A DNA stretch of 64,000 bases, from assembly GCA_020636995.1 (NCBI GenBank), contig JACJWU010000003.1, positions 153,108 through 217,107 of the forward strand, read 5' to 3'. Within the stretch, counting starts at the first letter, position 1; each line of letters opens with the position of its first letter. The notes under the pieces were generated by a model, which worked only from the letters and a program-made list of their open reading frames with translations, ran no database searches and was not told the origin of the DNA. This DNA comes from Actinomycetota bacterium. Lineage in GTDB: Bacteria; Actinomycetota; Actinomycetes; S36-B12; UBA10799. Made by a program: the position numbers and the translations under genes. Below, one piece after another: positions 29,389-37,546 of this stretch.

Positions 29389-30989
29389 GGGGGTGCAACG
29401 GCCTCTTCCGAGCGGGGAGGGTGTTGTCCGAGCCGCCGCCGGGTGAGCACTGCTACCCGCAGTCCCGTGGAGGTCTGACTGTAGATCGTGCCCCCGGTGG
29501 TCGGTGAGGAGGCGGAGATGGCTGGTGGGATGACGTGCCGACGAGCACTGGTCCATTAGCGCGCTGCGCGCCTTCTCTGGCTCTGCTGGTGGGTCCGGAG
29601 GTGCGATGGAGGTGAGCGGATGCTGTTCGTCGGGGATGACTGGTCCGAGGCCCATCACGACGTGGAGATCGTCGATGACGCCGGAGGTGTGCTGGCCAAG
29701 CGCCGGCTCCCTGAGGGGGTAGCGGGGCTGCTGGAGCTGCATGAGGTGATCGCCGATCATCTCGGCGACGACGACCAGCCCGGTTCGGTGGTCGTCGGGA
29801 TCGAGACCGACCGGGGTCCGTGGGTCGCTGCCCTGGCCGCAGCCGGGTACGCGGTGTTCGCGATCAACCCGGTGCAGGTGGCCCGCTACCGGGAACGGCA
29901 CTCGGCGTCGGGGGCCAAGTCCGACCGCGGCGACGCGCACACGCTGGCCGAGATCGTGCGCCTGGACGGGCTCACCATCAGCCGCTAGCCCTGGACTCGA
30001 GCCTGGCCGAGCAGGTCAAGGTACTGACCCGCTCGCACCAGACCCTGATCTGGACCCGGCGCCGGCAGGCCAACCTGCTGCGCTCCACGCTGCGCGAGTT
30101 CTACCCAGGCGCCCTGGCCGCGTTCGGCGACAACCTGACCGACCGGGACACCGTGGCGGTGCTGGCGGCCGCCCCATCACCAGCCAAGGGTGCGGCACTG
30201 ACCCGGTCACGGATCGCCGCGGTGCTGCGCCGGGCCGGGCGCAAGCGCAACGTCGACCTCGCCGCAACCCGGATCCAGACGGCACTGCGCACCCCGCAGC
30301 TGGGCCTGACCCCTGGGCTGGCCGACGCCTACGCGGCCACCGTGAGCGCCTACGTGGCCGTGATCGGCGAGCTCAACAAGCAGATCGAGGTCCTTGACGA
30401 GGTGGTGGGGGCCCATTTTGGCCAGCACCCGGACGCCCAGATCCTGCTGAGCCAACCAGGGCTCGGACCGATCCTGGGTGCCCGGGTCCTCGCTGAGTTC
30501 GGCGACGCCCCAGGCCGCTACGCCGACGCCAAGGCCCGCAAGAACTACGCCGGCACCAGCCCGATCACCCGCGCATCCGGGCTGAAACGCGTCGTGATGG
30601 CCCGCTACGCCCGCAACCGCCGCCTCGCCGACGCGCTCTACCTGCAAGCCTTCGCCGCCCTGACCGTCTCCCCCGGCGCACGGGCCTACTACGACCGGCA
30701 CCGCTCCGCCGGCGCCACCCACCACCAAGCACTGCGCGCCCTGGCCAACCGACTCGTCGGCATCCTGCACGGCTGCCTCGAGCACCACACCCACTACGAC
30801 GAGACCCTCGCTTGGCAACACCAACCACACACCGGAACCCGAGCCGCCTGAGCTCCCCGCCAGCCCGCCCCCGGACCGCACCCGCAGCCGGGGTCAAGGC
30901 GTGGGCCGCAGGCCCACCCCGAAGGGCATCGGCCTTGACACCGGCCAGGACGCGGTCACCCTGACCGGCCGCGGGGGCACTCCCGCCTG
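29389..30989 (+). mobile_element. IS110-family insertion sequence (boundaries approximate)
   Basis: Contains the IS110-type transposase reading frames. The limits are set provisionally at the two flanking GCGCTACA modules. No terminal inverted repeats were seen, as expected for this family. Confidence 0.45.
29620..30851 (+). pseudogene. IS110-family (DEDD) transposase, frameshifted
   Basis: The N-terminal MLFVGDDWSEAHHDVEIVD frame stops at TAG 29986-29988. The remainder (HHQPLALDSSLAEQVKVL to LAWQHQ) continues in another frame. The shift is near 29966-29972 (GACGGGCTCAC). Confidence 0.8.
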
Positions 30990-31029
30990 CCCCCCCGAAA
31001 CGCCGCTACACCGCAACAGCCGCTACACC
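30990..31029 (+). repeat. C-run-GAA-(CGCTACA-type x3) module, copy C
   Basis: CCCCCCCGAAACGCCGCTACACCGCAACAGCCGCTACACC. Confidence 0.55.
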
Positions 31030-31431
31030 AGGGGCCCCCTCTTGACGAGTTCAAGCCGTGGGATGTCTACGCGCATACCTCCCAAGCACGAGGGCGAGGG
31101 CCAGGTGGTCATTCGGAGGAAGATGCGTAGCGGGCCAGCTGTTCAACTACCCGGGCGCGCTTCTCGCGGCCCCTCGCGCCTTCGTGGCCATCGCGGCCGT
31201 CTTTCCGGACACCCGGAACGGCCACGCGTCCGGTATCGCCACGAGGCGCGCGCTTCGCGGCGGAAGGGGGCACCTTGGCGCGGCGCGGCACATACCGAGC
31301 GCTGTCCCGAATCAACGACACCCGCCACGAGGTCGTCGTCGTTCGCATCGACCACCGCCGTGACGTTTACCGGGTCAGCTGGCGGAAACTGGGTGCGGGC
31401 TCCGTCATCCGGCGACGCGCCCTTGCTTCGG

Positions 31432-31875
31432 TCAGGGCCGCCGGTTCGTCGCGCCCGGTAGGCCGACGTCGTGGGCGGCCAGGTGATCGAGCACCCGGTG
31501 GGCGAGGTCGAGGGTCAGGTTCAGGATCGCGTGGATCGTTCGGGTGAGGGCCACGGCGTCCAGTCCGGTGGTGGCGTGGGCGAGTTCCTCGACACGTGCC
31601 GCGAGGGACCGGTGCTGAGCAGCCATCGCCGAGGTCAGCAGCCGGACGCACGCGTCCTCCTGGCTCGAGTCCCGGGCCGCCTTGTCGAACTGCGCGTGAA
31701 TGGCGAGGTTGTCGGCCAGTGCGGCGAGCAGGTTGTCCCGGTGCTCGTGGATGGGCTCACCCGTGGTGGCAGCGGTGTGGATCGCCACCGCCAGGGGAGG
31801 GAATCTGGCGATCGTGCGTTCGTCGAGCTCGACAACGCGGTGCAGGGCGGCCGACTGGAACTGTGTGGGGTTCAC
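31432..31875 (-). CDS. Hypothetical His-rich helical protein
   Basis: The GTG at 31875 overlaps the stop of the MMPL remnant as GTGA. I could assign no family. Confidence 0.4.
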   Translation of the reverse strand: MNPTQFQSAALHRVVELDERTIARFPPLAVAIHTAATTGEPIHEHRDNLLAALADNLAIHAQFDKAARDSSQEDACVRLLTSAMAAQHRSLAARVEELAHATTGLDAVALTRTIHAILNLTLDLAHRVLDHLAAHDVGLPGATNRRP

Positions 31876-33510
31876 GTAGGTCCCCGCAACGGGGCGCCGT
31901 CGAGGGCGTCGACCTCGTCCTGGAAGGGGTCTTGGGTGGGGGGTTCCAGGGCGATCCTGGGTAGCCGGCGATCGAGCCACTGCGGGATCCACCAGGCGCG
32001 CCGGTCAGCCAGGGCCATGGCTGCCGGGACGAGGACCAGCCTGACCAGGGTGGCGTCGATGGCGATCGCGACCGCGAGCCCGAAGCCGAACAGGTTGACC
32101 ACCCTCTGGTCGTTGAGCAGGAAGCTGAGGAAGACGACGACCATGACCGAGGCAGCCGCGGTGATCACGCGGGCGGTGGCGGCCACGCCGTTGGCCACTG
32201 AGGCCCCGGCGTCATCGGTGCGGCGGAACTCCTCACGGACCCGGCTGAGCAGGAACACCTCGTAGTCCATGGACAGGCCGAACAGGACCGCGAACAGCAT
32301 CATCGGGGCGAAGGACTCGATGGGTCCCGGGGCTGTGCCGAACACGTCGTCGAACCAGCCCCACTGGAACACCGCGACCACGACCCCGTAGGCAGCGCCC
32401 ACCGAGAGCAGGTTCATGGCCGCTGCCTTGAACGGGATGAAGACCGATCGGAACTCGACGAGCAGCAGCGCCATGCTCAGCAGGACGACGAAGCCGATGA
32501 ACTAGAGCATCCGATCAGCGAGCCGGTCGGCCAGGTCCACGGCGGTCGCGGTGGCACCGCCCACGTGCGACGTCCCCTCGGCCTGGGGCAGCACGTCCGT
32601 GCGCAGTCGGTGGACCAGGTCCTCGGTGGAGGCGTCCTGCGGCGACCCGACCGGGACGACGTTGACGATGCCGGCGGTCGCGCTGGGGTTGAGGGTGGCG
32701 CTGGGCACGCTCGCGACTCCCGGCGTGGCAGCCAGGTCGGTGCGCAGCTCGTCGAGCCAGGCCTGGGCCTGCTCCGGCGAGGTGGCGCTGAGGTACTCGG
32801 CAGTGATCAGCAGCGGCCCGGTCCAGCCGGGACCGAACGCGTGCGCGACGATGTCGTAGGACCGCCGAGCGGTGCTGTCCGAGGGTGCGGACCCACCGTC
32901 GCTGCTGCCCAACCTGATCGAGAGCAACGGCGCGGCCAGGATCAACAGGACCACGGTTGCGGAGACCAGGTAGGGCCAGGGACGACGCTGGATGCGCCGG
33001 GTCCACCGGTGCCAGCCGCTGCCGTGGTCATCGGCGTGGTCGAAGCGTGGGCGGCGGACGCGCAGGCGGTCGAGGTTCCCGCCGAACACGGCCAGCAGCG
33101 CGGGCAGCAGGGTGACGGCCGCGAGCATCGTGGCGGCGACCGTGATGGCGCTGGCCAGGCCGAGCGCCGATACGAACGGGATCCCGATCAGGAACAGGCT
33201 GAGCAGCGCGACCATCACGGTGGAACCTGCCACCAGGACCGAGCGCCCGGCCGTGCCGACCGTGGTCTGGATCGACTCCCGCGGGTCGTGGCCGGTGATC
33301 ATCCCCTCCCGGTGCCGGGTCACGATCAGCAGCGCGTAGTCGATCCCGACACCGAGCCCGATCATCGCCGCGACGACCGGCGCGGAGGTCCCGATCGGGA
33401 TCCACGCGGACAGCAGGCCCACGACCGACAGGCCGAAGGCGAGGGCGAAGAGGGCCGTCACGATCGGCACGACCATGGCGTAGAGCGACCCGAAGGCGAG
33501 CAGGAGCGGG
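31872..33510 (-). pseudogene. MMPL-family (RND-type) transporter remnant
   Basis: MMPL-like TM blocks are present (GVGIDYALLIVTRHRE and later FIGFVVLLSMALLLVEFRS). An in-frame TAG at 32502-32504 interrupts them. The first TM helix and the first extracytoplasmic domain are missing. Confidence 0.75.
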
Positions 33511-33574
33511 GAATGAGGCCACTCCCCCGGCGTCCCCCGAGGCACCCGGCTCGGCCACGATTGAGGAGCTGGTC

Positions 33575-33904
33575 GTGACCGCCGTCGAGGACGCGGTGCA
33601 GCGCATGCTGGCCCAGGAGGACCTCGCCCGGTTCGTCTATAGCCTGCCCGTCCGGCACAGCGCCCTGCTGCGACCGGAGATTCGCACCACACCTCCCGTG
33701 TTCGTCGAGGTCACCCACCTGCTCGAGCAGGGGGTGCACCGAGGTGAGGTCCGCGACGACATCCCCGTCGACCTCCTCGCGCGCCACGTCCTCGCGGCCC
33801 TGGAGACCGCGATGCGCGACTGGGCCGAGGGCCGCGTCGAGGACCCGATGGCCCACCTGCGGACCATGCTCACCCTGAGCTTCCACGGCGTGACCAGGCC
33901 GTAG
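33575..33904 (+). pseudogene. TetR-family regulator, C-terminal ligand domain only (HTH missing)
   Basis: The helical C-terminal-type sequence has no recognisable HTH upstream in frame. It abuts the truncated 5' end of the divergent MMPL gene. Confidence 0.45.
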
Positions 33905-33992
33905 GGAGCGCCGCCACGCGCTGTCAGCGGACGACCGGTACCTGGCCGTCGAGATGATCGCCAGACTCCTGGCCAAGGGCCGGCTGCGGTAG

Positions 33993-34325
33993 CTATCCCT
34001 GGACCGCCACGGAGAGCAGGACCACGCTGTCCTCGAGTGCCTCCAGGCCGTGCCGACCCAGAGGGATGACCAGCAGGTCGCCCGCTGACCCGTCCCAGGC
34101 GGACTCGTCCTCAGTCAGGCGCACCGATCCATGCAGGACCTGGAGCGTGGCCTCGCCGGGGCTCTCGTGCTCGTCGAGGCGGTGGCCGCTGGCCAGCGCG
34201 ATCAGGGTCTGGCGCAACGTGTGCTCATGTCCGCCGTAGACAGTGTGGGCGCTTCGCCCGCTGGAGGCCCCGCGGGCGGCGGTGAGGTGCTGGTGGACCA
34301 GTTCGGTCAATGACGTGGTCTGCAT
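33993..34325 (-). CDS. Cupin-domain protein
   Basis: A 110-aa protein. HESPGEATLQVLHGSV followed by GDLLVIPLGRHGLEAL fits the two cupin motifs. ATG at 34325. Confidence 0.7.
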   Translation of the reverse strand: MQTTSLTELVHQHLTAARGASSGRSAHTVYGGHEHTLRQTLIALASGHRLDEHESPGEATLQVLHGSVRLTEDESAWDGSAGDLLVIPLGRHGLEALEDSVVLLSVAVQG

Positions 34326-34384
34326 GAGGTGCCCTTCTCGGATGGGTGCGTTCTGGGGGTCGGGGAATGGCGGTGTGCGCGGGG

Positions 34385-34693
34385 TCAGGTTCGGGACACC
34401 TGGACGTGCCCGTCGTGGACGCGTACCGGATAGGTGCGGACCGGTGCGGTCGCGGGCAGGTTCAGGGCCGCGCCGGTGCGCAGGTCGAACTTCGAGCCGT
34501 GCATCCAGCACTCGATCGTGGCGCCGTCGACCTCGCCCTCGGAAAGGGGCACGGCGGCGTGGGTGCATTCGTCGTGGACGGCGAAGACATCGGCGCCTGC
34601 ACGGACCACGCAGATGGCGTCACCGTCGACCATGACCGCGACCGGCATCCCGGCGGCCAGGTTGCGGAACTCGCACACGGTGATCCAACTCAT
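34385..34693 (-). CDS. Rieske [2Fe-2S] ferredoxin-type protein
   Basis: CTH-x17-CWMHG matches CxH...CxxH. About 100 aa, as for oxygenase ferredoxin subunits. Confidence 0.88.
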   Translation of the reverse strand: MSWITVCEFRNLAAGMPVAVMVDGDAICVVRAGADVFAVHDECTHAAVPLSEGEVDGATIECWMHGSKFDLRTGAALNLPATAPVRTYPVRVHDGHVQVSRT

Positions 34694-34836
34694 CTCGTGT
34701 CTTCCTCAGTCGCAGCAGCCCCTGACGTGTGGGTAGCGCAGGACGGGCAGCCGTCTGCCGAACGGCCGTTGAGCCGGCCGCAGTTGGGGCACACCTGTGA
34801 CAGCCAGCAGGCCGGGTCACCACCCTGCTCGCTCAC
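34690..34836 (-). CDS. Small zinc-ribbon protein (48 aa), not resolved as a separate ORF in the six-frame track
   Basis: Reading from the GTG at 34836 gives VSEQGGDPACWLSQVCPNCGRLNGRSADGCPSCATH. The stop overlaps the Rieske ATG as ATGA. Confidence 0.5.
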   Translation of the reverse strand: MSEQGGDPACWLSQVCPNCGRLNGRSADGCPSCATHTSGAAATEEDTR

Positions 34837-34888
34837 CGTGACGCCCGCACTGTAGCCGTCGCAGGGTTCGGTGCGGTCCGCGGGACGT

Positions 34889-35317
34889 TCACGGTGCCCG
34901 CTTCTGGATGCGGTCCCACGCTGCCCCGTCGAGGGCGACGGCTGCGGCCGGGAAGATGCCGTTCTCCTCCTTGTCGATGTGGCGGCGCAGCAGGTTCTCG
35001 AGCTCCTGGACGTCTGAGTGGTCACCATCAGCAACTCTGGCCAGGCGGGCGTCGATCTCCCGGTGCTCGGCGCACAGGGCGTCGACATGGTCCGCGAAGT
35101 CCTCGTCGAGGCGCAGCTCGGCGAACAGGCCCTGCTCCTCGCCCCTCGTGTGCGGGTCGAGCAGGGCCGCGAGCTCCTCAACAGCAGTCGCCGCCTCCGT
35201 ACCGTCACCGTCGAGGACGACGCGGCGCAGGGCACCGGTGGCATTGATGATCGCCACGTGCTCGGTGGACAGCCGACCGATCATGGTGATGGCCCGGCAG
35301 CCGCAGTAGGAGCACAC
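34889..35317 (-). CDS. Hemerythrin (HHE cation-binding) domain protein
   Basis: N-terminal MCSYCGC, and His/Glu-rich helices (STEHVAI, HTRGEEQ, CAEHREID, RRHIDKEEN). Confidence 0.8.
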   Translation of the reverse strand: MCSYCGCRAITMIGRLSTEHVAIINATGALRRVVLDGDGTEAATAVEELAALLDPHTRGEEQGLFAELRLDEDFADHVDALCAEHREIDARLARVADGDHSDVQELENLLRRHIDKEENGIFPAAAVALDGAAWDRIQKRAP

Positions 35318-35323
35318 GAGCGA

Positions 35324-35617
35324 TCAGGCGCGCTGCAGCCGGATGTGCCACGCCTCCGGACCGGCCTGCAGGTACTCGACGGCAACGCCCTCGGGGTAGC
35401 GGTCGCGGGCCTGCGCGAGGAGGGGCTGCGGATCGTGCGGGGCCACCAGGACCAGGGCGCCACCGCTGGGCAGGGAGTCCAGCGCCCCGAAGATGGCAGC
35501 GTGCCGGATGGCGTGCGGGATCTCCCGAGCATCAAGCACCGGCGCGTCGTGGCCCTGGGACTCGCCGCAGGTGCAGCCGGAGTGCGAGTGGGGCAGGGTA
35601 GGCAGGGGCTCGATCAC
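35324..35617 (-). CDS. DUF2249-like protein
   Basis: LDAREIPHAIRHAAIFGALDSL followed by LVLVAPHDPQPLL, then WHIRLQR. This matches my memory of the DUF2249 pattern. A GAGGAG Shine-Dalgarno sequence lies 7 nt upstream of the GTG at 35617. Confidence 0.7.
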   Translation of the reverse strand: MIEPLPTLPHSHSGCTCGESQGHDAPVLDAREIPHAIRHAAIFGALDSLPSGGALVLVAPHDPQPLLAQARDRYPEGVAVEYLQAGPEAWHIRLQRA

Positions 35618-35628
35618 GGTGGACTCCT

Positions 35629-35682
35629 CGGTTGTGGCTGGGTGTGGCTGGGTGTGGCTGGGTGTGGCTGGGTGTTGGCTGG
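35629..35682. repeat. Tandem 10-nt repeat (GGTGTGGCTG), about 5 copies
   Basis: Three perfect units at 35641-35670 are flanked by 11-nt variants (GGTTGTGGCTG and GGTGTTGGCTG). The array fills the divergent intergenic region. Confidence 0.9.
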
Positions 35683-35702
35683 ACCGTTCACCAAATACTA
35701 CA

Positions 35703-36425
35703 GTGTCTCCTGTGGAAAATCACGGCCCTCGCCCCATCCGGCACGACGACGCCCTGCCTTGGCTGTCTCCTGCCCGCGCCCGGGTCCTTGAGTTCCTCCA
35801 GTCCCAGGCCGGCCCGGTCGCTGCGGAGCAAGTTGCCGGAGTGTTCGGCCAGCATGTGAACACCGTGCGCGGACATCTCGACGCGCTCGTCGAGGACGGC
35901 CTGGCACTGCGTCACCGGCAGGGCACCTCCGGTCGCGGGCGACCCGCATGGCACTACCGGGCCAACCCCCAGAACCCGGAGCCCGACGCGCGGGTCCGCG
36001 AGTACGGGGCGCTGGCCGGAGCCCTGGCAGCGCACCTGATCCGGACCTGCCCTTCCCCCACCGAAGAGGCGCGGGTCGCGGGGGTCGACTGGGGCCGCCG
36101 GATCGCCCAGGACCGGCATCGCCAGCCTTCCCCAGCCGCTCAGGACACCACCCATGCCCGCCACGAGGTCCTGGCCATCCTCGACGACCTCGGGTTCGCG
36201 CCGCAGGAATCCTCCGACTGCGACAGCGTGCGGCTGCTTCGGTGCCCCCTGCTGGACGTCGCCCGCCAGTACCCCGAGATCATCTGCCAGGTCCACATGG
36301 GGCTGATCTCGGGCGCGCTCACCGAGCTCGGAGGCGATGACGCGGGGGTCGACCTGCTGCCGTTCGCCGAGGCCGATGCCTGCCGGCTGGTCCTGCCCCA
36401 CGCTCCCTCGCCGGCGCGGTCATGA
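35703..36425 (+). CDS. Winged-helix transcriptional regulator with a Cys-rich C-terminal domain (ArsR/SufR-like, COG2345-like)
   Basis: HTH region ARVLEFLQSQAGPVAAEQVAGVFGQHVNTVRGHLDAL. C-terminal SSDCDSVRLLRCPLLDVARQYPEIICQVH, then ADACRL. Start is the GTG at 35703 or 35712. Confidence 0.75.
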   Translation: MSPVENHGPRPIRHDDALPWLSPARARVLEFLQSQAGPVAAEQVAGVFGQHVNTVRGHLDALVEDGLALRHRQGTSGRGRPAWHYRANPQNPEPDARVREYGALAGALAAHLIRTCPSPTEEARVAGVDWGRRIAQDRHRQPSPAAQDTTHARHEVLAILDDLGFAPQESSDCDSVRLLRCPLLDVARQYPEIICQVHMGLISGALTELGGDDAGVDLLPFAEADACRLVLPHAPSPARS

Positions 36426-37546
36426 CCACCACAGACGTGGACGCGGAGCACCCCCAGCCGAGGTCGCGTCGCACTCCGGTGCCCCGCCCGGTGCCCCGGG
36501 GCCGGCTCGCGCTGCTGCTGGGCGGTGGCGTCGCCATGCTCCTGGGGCTGGACGCGGGACTTCTGCTGCTCGGCCTGCCCGCACCGGTGACCATCGAGCG
36601 CCTGCCCGAGGTCCACGGGCAGCTGATGCTCATCGGCTTCCTCGGCACCGTGATCGCCCTGGAGCGGGCCGTGGCACTGCGCCGGCCCTGGGGCTTCAGC
36701 GCGCCACTGGCCACCGGGTTCGGCTCCCTGCTGCTGCTCACCGCCCTGCCCATCGAGGTCGGGCAGGTTGTCCAGCTGATCGGACTCTCGGTGCTGGTCG
36801 GGATCTACGGTGCCCTATGGCGGCGGGCGGCATCCACGGCGGTCGCGATCCAATGGCTGGGCGCCGTGCTCGCCACCGGTGGGGTGCTGCTGTGGACCAC
36901 CGGCGTCACCACCGGTGCCCTGTTCCCCTGGCTGGCCGGCTTCCTCGTGCTCACGATCGCCGGCGAGCGCCTCGAGCTGGCCCATGTGGCGGCACCGGGA
37001 CCGGGCGCTCAGGCCGGCCTGCTGGGGATCAGCGCTGCAGTCGCGATCGGCGCAGCCGCGGCCCTGCTCTGGCCGACCCCGGGGACTGAGGTCTTCGGCC
37101 TGGCCCTGCTGGCCCTCGTGGGGTGGCTGCTGCGCCACGACGTGGCCACCCGCACGGTGCGCTCGGTGGGTCTCCCCCGGTACTCGGCGGTCAACCTGCT
37201 GCTGGGGATGGCCTGGCTGGCGGTCGCCGGCGGATCCTGGGTGGTGCTCGGCCCCCAGGTCGACGGCCCCGGCTACGACCTGGTCGTCCACGCGGTGACC
37301 CTGGGCTTCGCCATGTCCATGGTGCTCGCACACGCCCCGATCATCCTGCCCGCGGTCCTGGTCCGACCGCTGCCCTACCGCCCGGTGCTCTACGCCGCCA
37401 CCCTGGCGCTGCAGCTCTCGCTGATCCTGCGGGTTGCCGGTGACATCCGCGGGATCGGGTGGGCCTGGCAGGGTGGCGGGGCGGGCAACGTCCTGGCACT
37501 GCTGGGATTCGTGGCGCTGTCGGCCGTCCTGGTCGTGCGCCGATGA
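36422..37546 (+). CDS. Polytopic membrane protein of unknown function (possibly NnrS-like)
   Basis: ATGA coupling at both ends. About 10-12 hydrophobic helices with conserved-looking His (EVHGQLMLIGF, VVHAVTLGFAMSMVLAHAP). Confidence 0.7.
   Translation: MTTTDVDAEHPQPRSRRTPVPRPVPRGRLALLLGGGVAMLLGLDAGLLLLGLPAPVTIERLPEVHGQLMLIGFLGTVIALERAVALRRPWGFSAPLATGFGSLLLLTALPIEVGQVVQLIGLSVLVGIYGALWRRAASTAVAIQWLGAVLATGGVLLWTTGVTTGALFPWLAGFLVLTIAGERLELAHVAAPGPGAQAGLLGISAAVAIGAAAALLWPTPGTEVFGLALLALVGWLLRHDVATRTVRSVGLPRYSAVNLLLGMAWLAVAGGSWVVLGPQVDGPGYDLVVHAVTLGFAMSMVLAHAPIILPAVLVRPLPYRPVLYAATLALQLSLILRVAGDIRGIGWAWQGGGAGNVLALLGFVALSAVLVVRR

Noticed and set aside
29960-29990. Programmed ribosomal frameshift in the IS110 transposase.
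   Set aside because: IS110-family transposases are normally single ORFs. I see no slippery heptamer or downstream structure. A 1-nt indel beside a G-run (mutation or sequencing error) is the simpler explanation.
32502-32504. The in-frame TAG in the MMPL gene as pyrrolysine or programmed readthrough.
   Set aside because: There are no pyl genes or context signals in view. The gene is also 5'-truncated, so it is consistent with a pseudogene.
35629-35682. Possible miniature CRISPR-like array.
   Set aside because: The units are 10-11 nt and directly abutting with no spacers, and there are no cas genes. This is a simple tandem repeat.
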